From IMG/VR virus record IMGVR_UViG_3300042558_004043: DNA of 64,000 nucleotides; one strand, written 5' to 3'. Position numbers and translations under genes: made by a program. Source of the DNA: a virus (lineage: Duplodnaviria > Caudoviricetes). This document shows, one piece after another, positions 14,734-25,042 of the stretch. Every line of letters begins with the position of its first letter. The first letter of the stretch is position 1. The notes beneath the pieces are model-generated. The model was given only the letters and a program-made list of their open reading frames with translations, was not told the origin of the DNA and did no database searches.

Positions 14734-16023
14734 ATGGGAAACTTAAGACCAATTGGTAGTGAAAAATTAGATGGTATGGATAAAATTAACCGTATTATGG
14801 AGATTGCTCGTTATAACGAACATATCCCACAACCAATAAATGAAGATTCATCAAATGAATATAAAATCACTTTAGCTGATGGTATTAATTACCAAATAGT
14901 TAAAGAAAAGAATGGTTATGTAATTAAAAAAGGACTTAATGAGTCAATTGATTATCTTGAACCAATGAAAAATAGAAAATATTATTCTTCATATTCTGCG
15001 GCCTTTAAAAGACTTAATTTAATTGCTAAAGAAGTTAATATCAATGAAGGTCAAGACAAAAATATTTCTTTGTTTACTGAGAGTGAAGAATCTGAAAAGA
15101 AATATTATTTGAAATTGAATACCAACGAACAGGCCGCACCAGCACCAGCTCCCGCACCTGCTCCGGCACCTGCACCCGCACCCGAGGCGGACATTCCTGT
15201 ACCATCAGCTGAGCCTGAAGCGGAAATGCCCCCTATGGATGACATGGCGGATGAGGCTCCTGATGATGAAGTTGTTACTTTTAAAGTAATTCAAAAATTG
15301 ACAGGAAAATTAGGTCAAAAATTAAGAACACTGAATGCTGATGAAGAAACAAAAATGACATCTGATGACACAAAATATGTTATAAATTCGATTCTTTCGG
15401 CTTTAGATTTAAACGGTTTAGCTCCCGAAGACAAGGAAGAAATTATGTCCAAGTTTGAAGGTGGTGAAGATATGGGTATGGAACCTGATATGGGTGGTGA
15501 AGACATGGGTATGGAACCTGACACTTCGGAAGAACCTATGCCACCAGCACCTGAAGGTGAAATGGCTGAGGGAGATATGGGAATGTCAATGGATGATATT
15601 AGTTCAATGTTTGATGATGAAGAGTCTGATGATTTTGATTATCCTTCTGAACCAAGACATAGGAAAATTAAAGATAGAAGAATCAGTGATGACCGTGCAT
15701 ACAAAATGGAAGAAATGATTGAGGGTATTTTCTCTGAATCTAAAATTGACAAAATTTTAACCAAATACTTCCAAATTGATGAAGCGGAAAAAAGAGAAAT
15801 ACAAAATAAAAAACCAAAAGTGGTTTCAGAAGAAGTTGAACGTAAAAAATTAGTTAAGAGAGTTCAATATGTTTCTGAAAGTGAAACTCAGTATTTGAAA
15901 TCAAAGAAACTTATTAGCCAATACCCTGATGCTAAATTGTTAGGAAAAACAAAGAACAAAAATTTGGTTTTCCAAGTAAATGAGTCTAAAATTAAGATTA
16001 CTCCAAAGGGTGATGTTATATGA
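14734..16023 (+). CDS. Hypothetical virion/head-associated protein with a Pro-Ala linker and acidic regions
   Basis: 429 aa, APAPAPAPAPAPAP tract, two TATTTATA copies upstream (14676, 14694). Confidence 0.8.
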   Translation: MGNLRPIGSEKLDGMDKINRIMEIARYNEHIPQPINEDSSNEYKITLADGINYQIVKEKNGYVIKKGLNESIDYLEPMKNRKYYSSYSAAFKRLNLIAKEVNINEGQDKNISLFTESEESEKKYYLKLNTNEQAAPAPAPAPAPAPAPAPEADIPVPSAEPEAEMPPMDDMADEAPDDEVVTFKVIQKLTGKLGQKLRTLNADEETKMTSDDTKYVINSILSALDLNGLAPEDKEEIMSKFEGGEDMGMEPDMGGEDMGMEPDTSEEPMPPAPEGEMAEGDMGMSMDDISSMFDDEESDDFDYPSEPRHRKIKDRRISDDRAYKMEEMIEGIFSESKIDKILTKYFQIDEAEKREIQNKKPKVVSEEVERKKLVKRVQYVSESETQYLKSKKLISQYPDAKLLGKTKNKNLVFQVNESKIKITPKGDVI

Positions 16024-16433
16024 GCTATTTGATATTTGTAAATGAATTAGGACCAAATTATAAGGGAGATAACATATACGAGTTTATTTTTTCTGACGAT
16101 TTGGAAGGTGTGTGGGGGGATTCATGGGAATCAAAACCATCAAACGGATACCCCCTCCCACCTGACTTAGAACATATAAAAAAGGTTGGAGTTTTGAAAA
16201 ACGACATAATAACAATGTCTGTGATTCAAAACTCTGATTATTTTTCAATGGTTGATGCGGTTGATGGTGTGATAGCTTTGTGTTGGGAAAATGAAAGTGA
16301 AACGATTGATTTTGACAGAAACAAGCGTTTGGTTTTTAGATTCGGTGAACCTGAAGAAACTGTAAAAAATAAACTATACGAAAGAGACATCGTATTAGAA
16401 TTTGAAAAAAAAATATTCTATGAAAGCCAATAA
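16020..16433 (+). CDS. Hypothetical protein
   Basis: 137-aa ORF overlapping the upstream stop (ATATGA). Confidence 0.8.
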   Translation: MSYLIFVNELGPNYKGDNIYEFIFSDDLEGVWGDSWESKPSNGYPLPPDLEHIKKVGVLKNDIITMSVIQNSDYFSMVDAVDGVIALCWENESETIDFDRNKRLVFRFGEPEETVKNKLYERDIVLEFEKKIFYESQ

Positions 16434-17430
16434 AAAAATAATGGAGTTATTAAATCACGGGTTTAGTAATTCTTTGCTTTCTAATCTTAATGAGAGACAA
16501 ATTGATTCTTTACATCAGAGACTTGAAGAGTCAAAAAAAGAAAATAAGGAACAAATAACAACAAGTGCAACCACGGTTCAAATTGTTGGACCCAAAGGAG
16601 GAACAACTACAATCGGGGGAAAACCTGTCACTATGACTCCAACTTCCGCAGGTATGGCAATTAAAGCTGAGAGCGAAATGAATGAGGATGATGATACTGA
16701 CATTGCATTGGCTTTACAATCTAAAGAAACCAATGAACAAGAATCTAATGATGGTGATATTTTATTAGCAATGAATGACCCTGAAATTGCGGTTACATTT
16801 GGTGCTCAAGATTTAGGAGAAAAATTTGAATCAAAAAAACAACAAAAATATTTTTGGTACAAGTGTGGTGATGGTAAAACAAAAGAACAGAAAAAGTGGT
16901 GTAAGATGGCAAAAGAATTTTCTGATTCTACTAAAAATTTTAGTAAATTACCTGAAAAAAAGAAAAAAGAAACAAAAGAAGAATTTGGAATGGGTGATTA
17001 CACAAAAAAATTATCATCAGTGTTAGCAAATAATTTAGAAAAAGCTGCGTATAATATGAAACCTGATGTTAAATTTGGCGAAAGTGTTTTAGAAAAGAAA
17101 ATTAGTAATTTAGTAGAAAAACATTTACCACCTAAGATGAGCAAAAAAGATTTAGTAAATATGATTAATGAGGCCGGAAAAGAAGTTGAGACCCCTGTTA
17201 AACCGGATGTTAAACCTGAAAGACCAAAGCCTCAAACCCCATATCAACCAAAACATAAACCAGCTCCAAAGGCCGGTGAGAGAGAAGTAGAAACCCCTGT
17301 CAAACCTGACGTTAAACCTGAAAGACCAAAACCACAAACTCCATATCAACCAAAACATAAACCAGCTCCAAAGGCCGAGGATGTTCCACAATGGTTAACA
17401 TTTGGGTCCATTGGTATTAATTTGAAATAA
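16420..17430 (+). CDS. Hypothetical protein with a tandem 34-aa Pro/Lys-rich repeat
   Basis: ORF track start 16402 (TTG); ATG 16420 preferred. Confidence 0.8.
   Translation: MKANKKIMELLNHGFSNSLLSNLNERQIDSLHQRLEESKKENKEQITTSATTVQIVGPKGGTTTIGGKPVTMTPTSAGMAIKAESEMNEDDDTDIALALQSKETNEQESNDGDILLAMNDPEIAVTFGAQDLGEKFESKKQQKYFWYKCGDGKTKEQKKWCKMAKEFSDSTKNFSKLPEKKKKETKEEFGMGDYTKKLSSVLANNLEKAAYNMKPDVKFGESVLEKKISNLVEKHLPPKMSKKDLVNMINEAGKEVETPVKPDVKPERPKPQTPYQPKHKPAPKAGEREVETPVKPDVKPERPKPQTPYQPKHKPAPKAEDVPQWLTFGSIGINLK
17182..17376 (+). repeat. Two in-frame 102-bp tandem repeats (EVETPVKPDVKPERPKPQTPYQPKHKPAPKA)
   Basis: Units start at 17182 and 17284; the differences are mostly synonymous. Confidence 0.9.
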
Positions 17431-17431
17431 A

Positions 17432-18757
17432 ATGAGTTTCAATCCTAATATGAAAAAAGTTATTACAGAAAGGAACAATTTAGAAAAAAAATTGGTTTCT
17501 GAGGGTCTAACGACAAAAGAAAAACAAACATTGAAAAACCTTAAATCAAAATTGAACGAGGCTCCGATTGATTACGAAGGTCCTGAAAGGATGGGTCGTG
17601 ACATCGAGAGAAAAATAACTAGTAAAGAAACTCCATATTCTGAAAATCCGGCATTACCAAAGGGTGACCGAGACTTTGTTGAGTTAGTTTCGTCAAAAAG
17701 ATTCAAAGATTCTGTTGACACTGTAAGACGATATTTGGGTACTACCGCACCTTTACAGGGAGGTAATCCCCTCATGCAACTTATGGGAATGGCAATGCAG
17801 TCGTTACAACAAGTAATGAGAATTGAATTTCAAAATAAAGAATACCTCGAAAGATTGGCGGTTGATTTGGTTAAAAAAGAAATGGGAATTCCTGACGGGG
17901 CAATGCAGTTTGATGCAAAATTGGTCCAAGGACCGATGTCATCTGCAGAAGGAATGAGGTCCACGCCTCAGAAACCAAGTAAAGAGGAAGTTAAACAGGC
18001 CTTTAAACATAAAGAAGAACTTGAGGATTTTGCTGATGAGTTTGAGAAATTCAATTTAGAAAAATCAAAAAGAAGATTTATTAATTCACTCATACAAGGG
18101 GCGTCTAAAAAAGGACACTATATGTTTGAGTTAGTTAGAGATGAACTAAACCGTCTTGACCCTAATTTGGTAAATCTATACGGTGTTAACCAATCACTTA
18201 TGGACCACCTTTATTGGGTAATGCCTGATATGGAAGGTATGGCAGCAAGTGGCGGAGGTCAAATGGGACAAACAAGTGTTGACCCTGAAACCGACCCACC
18301 AACTGTAAAAGCAAGAGCCGCAACATTCCCACTTCTTATCCACGAATTGATTAAGGGTATTTATGAAATATTTGGTACTCACGGACTTCCAGATGACCCA
18401 CGTCAGGCCGAAATGGTTATGGGGTCTGAGGATACTCTACCCGCAGAAATATGGGACATGAGATTAGGTCCAATATTTTGGGAAAAATTCACTGAAGCAT
18501 ACCCAATTGAGTTATTTGATGAAGATAAGAAACATATTCAACATTATTTGTTCATGAGATTTTCTAAATTACCGGCCGAGGATTTCTTCAAATTCGCTAA
18601 AGCGGTGTTAAACGGAGACCCATCAGGAGCAAAGGCCATGCAAAGAATGGTTGATGAGATTGTTTCAGATTTAAAGAAACAAGAATATGAACAAGAGTCT
18701 TCCAAATGGGAAGACGATGATATCGACGATGTTGACCTTTCAAGTTTAGGTCTATAA
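17432..18757 (+). CDS. Conserved-looking hypothetical protein upstream of TerL
   Basis: 441-aa ORF, co-oriented in the late operon. Confidence 0.85.
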   Translation: MSFNPNMKKVITERNNLEKKLVSEGLTTKEKQTLKNLKSKLNEAPIDYEGPERMGRDIERKITSKETPYSENPALPKGDRDFVELVSSKRFKDSVDTVRRYLGTTAPLQGGNPLMQLMGMAMQSLQQVMRIEFQNKEYLERLAVDLVKKEMGIPDGAMQFDAKLVQGPMSSAEGMRSTPQKPSKEEVKQAFKHKEELEDFADEFEKFNLEKSKRRFINSLIQGASKKGHYMFELVRDELNRLDPNLVNLYGVNQSLMDHLYWVMPDMEGMAASGGGQMGQTSVDPETDPPTVKARAATFPLLIHELIKGIYEIFGTHGLPDDPRQAEMVMGSEDTLPAEIWDMRLGPIFWEKFTEAYPIELFDEDKKHIQHYLFMRFSKLPAEDFFKFAKAVLNGDPSGAKAMQRMVDEIVSDLKKQEYEQESSKWEDDDIDDVDLSSLGL

Positions 18758-18809
18758 TAAAAACCCCCACTTAGTTGGGGGTTTAATATTTATATACAAA
18801 TATAGTCTT

Positions 18810-20570
18810 ATGACAAAAGAACAATTAATGCTTGAGTACGTAAAGTGCATGAAGGATACTCCATACGCACTACGTACCTATTTACAAACTTATGACAATA
18901 CCGTTTCGAAGTATGTTCCATTAGAACTATTTCCTGACCAAATTTCGTTACTTGATGACTATGAAAACTTTAACGAAAATATTGCATTAAAATATAGACA
19001 GGCAGGAGTTTCTACGGTTACCGCTGCTTGGGTATCAAAAAAGTTAGCCTTCGCAAAGAAAAACAAACCTGAAAAAATTCTAATTATCGCCAACAAACTT
19101 GACACATCTCAAGAAATGGCAAATAAAATAAGAGCGTTTATAACACAATGGCCTGAGTGGGTTGGTGTTGGATTTTCCGTCGAGAAAGACTCTCAAAAAC
19201 ACTATAAATTAAATAATGGATGTGAAGTAAAGGCGGTTGCGACATCAAAGGATGCACTTCGTGGATTCACCCCAACGATACTTATATTTGACGAGGCCGC
19301 GTTTATCGACGCAGATTCTGATTTTTGGGCGGCTTGTATGGCGTCCCTATCTACGGGTGGTAAAGTAATTGTAGTTTCAACACCTAATGGATATGACCCA
19401 ATCTATTATGAGATTTATGACCAAGCATTAAGAAATATGAATGATTTCAAAATTTCTGAGATGTATTGGTTTAGAGACCCAAGATATACCAGAGATTTAT
19501 ATTTGGTTAAAACTAAAGATATTATTCATTACTTACTAAACAAAGAAGAGTATAGTAAGGACGATGTTATAAGTTGGGAGAGTATACCCTTTGACGATAG
19601 AAACTACGAAGAACTTAAACTTATTATGGATACAGGTTATAAACCTTGTTCGGCTTGGTTTGAGGGTATGGTTAAGAAACTTAAATACGATAAACGTAAA
19701 GTATCTCAAGAGTTAGAATGTAACTTTTTGGGTTCGGGTGATAACGTATTTGATTCTAATTTGTTACAAAGAGTTAGAGAAAATTATATAAGAGAACCTC
19801 AAAATAAGATGATGGGTAACGCTCTTTGGATTTGGAAAGAACCAGTTGTTGGTCACAAATATGTTATGGGGGTTGACGTTAGTAGAGGAGATAGTGAAGA
19901 CTTTAGTTCATTTCAAATTATAGATTTTGATGAGAGAGAACAAGTTGCCGAGTACGTTGGTAAGTTACCTCCTGATACAATGGCTGAGATTTGTTATAAA
20001 TGGGCCAATATGTATTCTTGTTTTGTCGTAATAGATATAACCGGAGGAATGGGGGTATCAACAGCAAGAAAAATGCAAGAGATTGGATTTAAAAATCTAT
20101 ATGTTGATGGTGTTGATGTTGCAAACAAATGGAAGTGGGACCCAAAGGCCGCTGAAAAAATACCGGGTATTAATTTTAATAACAAAAGAGTTCAAATCAT
20201 AGCCTCGTTTGAGGAAGTCATGAGACATGATTTTAAAATTTATAGTAGTCGTTTGTTTAATGAGATGAATACATTTGTTTACATTAACGGAAGACCTGAC
20301 CACCAAAAGGGTCATCACGATGACTTAATTATGTCAATCGCCATGGCAACATATGTTGCTGAGTCATCTTTCAGTCAATTAACCAAAGTTACAGAACAAA
20401 CAAAGGCCATGATTGATTCGTGGTCTGTAAGTAATAATGATAATGTAACTAACCAACTTGCGTTTAATCCGGTATTACCAAATATCAATGAAAAAATCAA
20501 TCAATATGGTCAACAGAATGTCACCAGAGACGATTATATGAAATATAATTGGTTATTCGGAGGTAGGTAA
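18810..20570 (+). CDS. terL: Terminase large subunit (T4 gp17-like)
   Basis: KYRQAGVST Walker A region, LIFDEAAF Walker B, STPNG coupling motif, GVDVSRG nuclease Asp and HDDLIMS. Confidence 0.92.
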   Translation: MTKEQLMLEYVKCMKDTPYALRTYLQTYDNTVSKYVPLELFPDQISLLDDYENFNENIALKYRQAGVSTVTAAWVSKKLAFAKKNKPEKILIIANKLDTSQEMANKIRAFITQWPEWVGVGFSVEKDSQKHYKLNNGCEVKAVATSKDALRGFTPTILIFDEAAFIDADSDFWAACMASLSTGGKVIVVSTPNGYDPIYYEIYDQALRNMNDFKISEMYWFRDPRYTRDLYLVKTKDIIHYLLNKEEYSKDDVISWESIPFDDRNYEELKLIMDTGYKPCSAWFEGMVKKLKYDKRKVSQELECNFLGSGDNVFDSNLLQRVRENYIREPQNKMMGNALWIWKEPVVGHKYVMGVDVSRGDSEDFSSFQIIDFDEREQVAEYVGKLPPDTMAEICYKWANMYSCFVVIDITGGMGVSTARKMQEIGFKNLYVDGVDVANKWKWDPKAAEKIPGINFNNKRVQIIASFEEVMRHDFKIYSSRLFNEMNTFVYINGRPDHQKGHHDDLIMSIAMATYVAESSFSQLTKVTEQTKAMIDSWSVSNNDNVTNQLAFNPVLPNINEKINQYGQQNVTRDDYMKYNWLFGGR

Positions 20571-20606
20571 TATTTATATTATTGATAAAGTGATTAAATT
20601 ATCTTA

Positions 20607-22448
20607 ATGGAAAATAATAAACAATTTACGGTTTGGCAAAGACTCACAAGAGCGTTTGGACCAAACGCACTATTAAACCAAGACTATCCAACCTATAAGT
20701 TTGATAAAGAAGAATTATTAAAAACTACGTCCAAGCAGGAATATGAAAAAGAGTTATTACAAGCTCAACAAACATACTACCTTGCCAACCAATGGACAAA
20801 AATTGAAAGTAATCTTTATACTCAAGCGGTATATTATGAACCAACAAGATTGGCTTCATTTTACGATTACGAATCTATGGAATATACTCCTGAGATATCG
20901 GCAGCTTTGGACATTTATGGGGAAGAATCAACTACTGTTGACCAATATGGTTATATGTTACAGATTTATTCTGAGTCAAAAAGAATAAAAGGAATACTTG
21001 CGGATTTGTTCAATAACGCATTAGACGTAAATACTAACTTACCAATGTGGACAAGAAACACTTGTAAGTATGGTGATAATTTTGTTTATTTAAAATTGGA
21101 TTCGGACAAGGGTGTTGTCGGTTGTATGCAACTCCCAAACATTGAGATTGAACGTTTGGAACGAGGTATGCCGGCAAAATCTCAAAACGTAGAGGAACCA
21201 AAAGAAAATAGAGGTTTAAGATTTAAGTGGAAGGCAAAAGACATGGAATTCAATTCATGGGAGATTGCTCACTTTAGATTAATGGGTGATGATAGAAAAC
21301 TTCCTTACGGTACTTCTATGTTGGAAAAAGCTCGTCGTATTTGGAAACAATTATTGTTATCAGAGGATGCGATGTTGATATATAGAACATCAAGAGCACC
21401 TGAAAGACGTGTGTTTAAAGTGTTTGTTGGTAATATGGACGATAAAGATGTTGAGGCGTATGTACAACGTGTTGCAAATAAATTTAAACGTAGTCAGGTT
21501 GTTGACAGCCAAACAGGTAATGTCGATTTGAGATTCAATCAAATGGCGGTTGACCAAGATTACTTTATTCCTGTTCGTGACCCGGCTCAAGCGTCACCAA
21601 TTGAAACATTAGACGGGGCTAAAAACTTATCGGAAATAGCTGACATTGAATATATCCAAAAGAAACTTTTAACTGCACTTCGTGTTCCAAAAGCGTTTTT
21701 AGGCTTTGAGGAAGTTGTAGGGGAAGGTAAAAATTTATCTTTACAAGATATTCGTTTTGCTCGTACAATAAACAGAATCCAAAAGTGTATGATTGCCGAA
21801 TTGAACAAAATTGCTATTATTCACCTTTTCTTATTAGGTTTTGAGGATGAGTTAACTAATTTTACTTTAGGATTAACTAACCCATCGACCCAAGCTGACT
21901 TACTTAAAATCGATGTTTGGAAAGAAAAGATGTTATTATACAAAGATGCGGTTGGGGCTATTGAAGGTATTGCTCCAGTGTCTGTGTCTTGGGCTAAAAA
22001 ACATATTCTTGGATTCAGTGATGAAGAAATTAAACTTGATTTACAACAACAACGTATTGAAAAGGCCGTTGGAGCTGAGTTAACAAACACCGCCACAATT
22101 ATTGCTCACACAGGTATATTTGATAATGTGGATAAATTATATGGAGGACCTGGTTCAGGAGCAACCGCTTCATCCGCTGCAACTCCTCCACCACCTCCAG
22201 GAGGTGATATGGGAGGTGAAATGGGAGGTTTGGGTCCTGAACCTGGAGGAGCTGAATTACCTCCTCCACCACCTCCACCAGGTGGTGAAGAGGGTGGAAT
22301 AACTCCTGAATCGTTTAATAGAGATAATTTAAATATTTTATTAGAATCGGACTCATTATTTGAAGAGGATTCTTATATCGATTTATCTAAAGCTAAAAAT
22401 TCATTAGGTCAAATGGAGTCTCAACTAGAAAAACTTCTGAGAGATTGA
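20607..22448 (+). CDS. Portal protein (T4 gp20-like)
   Basis: TPEISAALDIY, LEDAMLIYRTSRAPERRVF-type motif, QDYFIPVR, LRVPKAFL; Pro/Gly-rich C-terminal tail. Confidence 0.92.
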   Translation: MENNKQFTVWQRLTRAFGPNALLNQDYPTYKFDKEELLKTTSKQEYEKELLQAQQTYYLANQWTKIESNLYTQAVYYEPTRLASFYDYESMEYTPEISAALDIYGEESTTVDQYGYMLQIYSESKRIKGILADLFNNALDVNTNLPMWTRNTCKYGDNFVYLKLDSDKGVVGCMQLPNIEIERLERGMPAKSQNVEEPKENRGLRFKWKAKDMEFNSWEIAHFRLMGDDRKLPYGTSMLEKARRIWKQLLLSEDAMLIYRTSRAPERRVFKVFVGNMDDKDVEAYVQRVANKFKRSQVVDSQTGNVDLRFNQMAVDQDYFIPVRDPAQASPIETLDGAKNLSEIADIEYIQKKLLTALRVPKAFLGFEEVVGEGKNLSLQDIRFARTINRIQKCMIAELNKIAIIHLFLLGFEDELTNFTLGLTNPSTQADLLKIDVWKEKMLLYKDAVGAIEGIAPVSVSWAKKHILGFSDEEIKLDLQQQRIEKAVGAELTNTATIIAHTGIFDNVDKLYGGPGSGATASSAATPPPPPGGDMGGEMGGLGPEPGGAELPPPPPPPGGEEGGITPESFNRDNLNILLESDSLFEEDSYIDLSKAKNSLGQMESQLEKLLRD

Positions 22449-22469
22449 TATTTATAATAAAAAAAGAAA

Positions 22470-23192
22470 ATGATTAAGTTCGGAAATATTAAATCAAAGA
22501 TTGAAGAAAAATTACTTGAATCTTATTCTAAGAATACTTTTAAATCTGAAATGAGGAATTTTAAGTCTTTAGTTTTGGGTAATAAGAATATTAGTAAGTT
22601 GTTTTATCTATACGATGAAATGAGTTCAAATAAAGGTTTAAACGAATCTTTGGTTAATGATTACATCTATGAATGTGTTACAATTTATGAGAACACCGTA
22701 AATAAAATTGATGAATCAACAATCAACAATCTAAAGAAATGGGTTTCTGATGTTAAATGTGATAATAAGTACGAGAACATTGATAATTTGTTTTCAACTG
22801 ACGTTTTAACAATTGAGTCTCGTTTAAAAAGTAAAAAGGTTATTTCTGAAAACTTAATTAAGTCTACTGAAACCAAAAAAACAGAAACAGTTAATTTGCC
22901 GATTTCAACTATGATTAATATTGCAAATAAAACTTTCTCAAATTACGTTGAAAATTTAAATGAGTCTGACAGACAAGATTTAATTAAATTTTTAAAGACC
23001 GAAGACTCTGAATTGGAACCTCAGTTTGAGTCAATTAAAAATGAGGTTAAAACAAAATTAACTTCTTTGAAGGAAGGCACACAAGATAATGACACTTTAG
23101 ACAGAGTTGAAGAAACAATAACAAAAGTTGATTCTGAGACGTATAATAAATTGTCATACTTCAGATTAAAGAACTTGAACGAAAGTCTTTAA
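22470..23192 (+). CDS. Hypothetical head-module protein
   Basis: 240-aa ORF after TATTTATA 22449, between the portal and protease genes. Confidence 0.8.
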   Translation: MIKFGNIKSKIEEKLLESYSKNTFKSEMRNFKSLVLGNKNISKLFYLYDEMSSNKGLNESLVNDYIYECVTIYENTVNKIDESTINNLKKWVSDVKCDNKYENIDNLFSTDVLTIESRLKSKKVISENLIKSTETKKTETVNLPISTMINIANKTFSNYVENLNESDRQDLIKFLKTEDSELEPQFESIKNEVKTKLTSLKEGTQDNDTLDRVEETITKVDSETYNKLSYFRLKNLNESL

Positions 23193-23380
23193 TCCTCAGA
23201 GTCTTTTCTTTTTTGAACGTATTTGGCTTTTTTAAGAATATCTCTTTTTCTAATAGATTTTTTGGTATATTCTTTTCTATTAACCAACTCAGAGGTTTGT
23301 TTTGTTTTAATAACTTTGCTCTTAAGAATTTTAAGTGCCTTCTCAATATTAATATTTTTATCTAATTTAACGATTAACAT
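23189..23380 (-). CDS. rpsU: 30S ribosomal protein bS21
   Basis: MLIVKL...IEKALK.LK.K..KT....EL..RKEY.KKS..KR....KAKY: the Bacteroidota-type bS21 pattern, with Tyr54. Confidence 0.85.
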   Translation of the reverse strand: MLIVKLDKNINIEKALKILKSKVIKTKQTSELVNRKEYTKKSIRKRDILKKAKYVQKRKDSED

Positions 23381-23472
23381 ATATTACAAATATCTTTAAA
23401 ATAAGTTTTTTTTTGACTATCGGTACAAATATACTTATTTTTTTTAAAAATAAACTTGTATAATATGGAAAG

Positions 23473-23946
23473 TTGATGAAAAAAGGAAAGACCTCACAGA
23501 TTCAGGGGTTTAAAACGGCCAAAGTAGTTTATGGCACGGTAGATTCAGTTAATTTCAAGTCATTGTATTTAAACATTCAAACATGGGTCGAACCCAAGAT
23601 AAATTCTGAAAATTGGAATAGAATAGTTTTAAACTTAAGTCGGTTTATAAAACATTCGGTCTTAGATTCTTTAGACAAAACATTATTTGATAATAAATTT
23701 ATTGTTGATTTAGATTTACGTTCAAGCGGATTACAAAAAGGTAAAAAGTCATTTTTAAATTTGGAAATAAATTTTTATTTGACAGGAGATGAGGGTGATT
23801 TTAAATCAAGACGACTCAAAGAGTCACTTAAAAAAATATGCAAACAATTATTTCAGGAAAACTTCACAAACAACGAATACTTCAAGTTCCAACTTACAAA
23901 AACCAAAAAAACTAAGGTAGAGAAAATAGAAACCGACAATCTTTAA
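23473..23946 (+). CDS. Hypothetical protein
   Basis: 157-aa ORF divergent from rpsU. Confidence 0.8.
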   Translation: MMKKGKTSQIQGFKTAKVVYGTVDSVNFKSLYLNIQTWVEPKINSENWNRIVLNLSRFIKHSVLDSLDKTLFDNKFIVDLDLRSSGLQKGKKSFLNLEINFYLTGDEGDFKSRRLKESLKKICKQLFQENFTNNEYFKFQLTKTKKTKVEKIETDNL

Positions 23947-23967
23947 TATTTATAAAGAAAATTAAAG

Positions 23968-24693
23968 ATGAATCATCAAATTATACAACCCGGTCAAATA
24001 GGTAAGGGATTACTTGTTGAACACGATGCGGGTTATATTTCACCTACGGAACAACGTAACGCCAATTTAATCCGTGAGTCTAAAGGAATGTTGGACCACT
24101 CAAAACCATTTGAGTTTTATGCGGTACTACAAAAATACAATACTCCAAATAGAAACGGTAGAATATATCCTGAAAAAGTATTAAAAAGAGAAGCCGACAA
24201 TTATAAAAAAATGATTGGTAAAGGTATTGCTTTGTCTGAATTAAATCACCCTGAGTCATCACTTGTCGATTTAGATAGAGTTTCTCATGCAATTACCGAT
24301 ATATGGTGGGAAGGTCCTGTTTTGATGGGTAAATTAAAATTACTCACTTCGCCAGGTTTTCATGAAAGAGGAATTGTTTCTACAAAAGGAGACCAAGCGG
24401 CAAATCTTTTAAGACAAGGTGTAACACTTGGTATCTCATCTCGTGGTGTGGGGTCACTTAAAAAAATTGGAGAACAAAACGAAGTACAGGACGATTTTGA
24501 ATTAATTTGTTTTGACCTTGTATGGTCACCATCAACACCTGGTGCTTATCTATTCTTGGAGCCAAATGACAGATTTAACTTTGAAGAAAACTTGGAGGAG
24601 GAGAACAAAATGAAAGCACAAAGAGTTTCAGGTGAAAGTTCAAACAAATCGCTTGACTTAATGAAAAAATTGAACGATTATTTGAAGTACTAA
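23968..24693 (+). CDS. Prohead core protease (T4 gp21-like)
   Basis: NRNGRIYP, ELNHP...LDRVSH, LGISSRGVGS, FDLVWSPSTPGA. Confidence 0.92.
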   Translation: MNHQIIQPGQIGKGLLVEHDAGYISPTEQRNANLIRESKGMLDHSKPFEFYAVLQKYNTPNRNGRIYPEKVLKREADNYKKMIGKGIALSELNHPESSLVDLDRVSHAITDIWWEGPVLMGKLKLLTSPGFHERGIVSTKGDQAANLLRQGVTLGISSRGVGSLKKIGEQNEVQDDFELICFDLVWSPSTPGAYLFLEPNDRFNFEENLEEENKMKAQRVSGESSNKSLDLMKKLNDYLKY

Positions 24694-24704
24694 AAATAAT
24701 TAAA

Positions 24705-24914
24705 ATGGACGAAAAATATTTTGTAGCAAAAATTACAACAGACATGCCTGACCCCGAGACAGGTAAAATTAAAAAACTAAGACAAGAAAAATTAGTTAAA
24801 GGTTATTCACCAACAGATGTAGAAGCAAAAGTGACTAAAGTTTTTGAAAATTATTCTGAAGATTGGAGAATAACCGCAATTGTTGAAAGTAAAATAGATG
24901 AGGTGATAGAATAA
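24705..24914 (+). CDS. Small hypothetical protein
   Basis: 69-aa ORF with an A-rich start context. Confidence 0.75.
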   Translation: MDEKYFVAKITTDMPDPETGKIKKLRQEKLVKGYSPTDVEAKVTKVFENYSEDWRITAIVESKIDEVIE

Positions 24915-24936
24915 TCTATATATCAATGATTAAATT

Positions 24937-24965
24937 AAAGGAGGTTTTATACCTCCTTTTTTATT
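24937..24965. terminator. Intrinsic terminator
   Basis: AAAGGAGGT-TTTAT-ACCTCCTTT followed by a T run. Confidence 0.85.
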
Positions 24966-25042
24966 TTATTTTGGTTTGATTTGTCAATATAAATAAATTT
25001 TTTAAAACTCGATAATATTTATATAAAAAATTAAAACCAAAA

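Noticed and set aside
18975-19025. Terminase Walker A lacking the usual Lys (KYRQAGVST)
   Set aside because: KxRQxG(V/I/F)ST variants occur in other large terminases, and the Walker B, coupling and nuclease motifs are intact. Not treated as inactivation.
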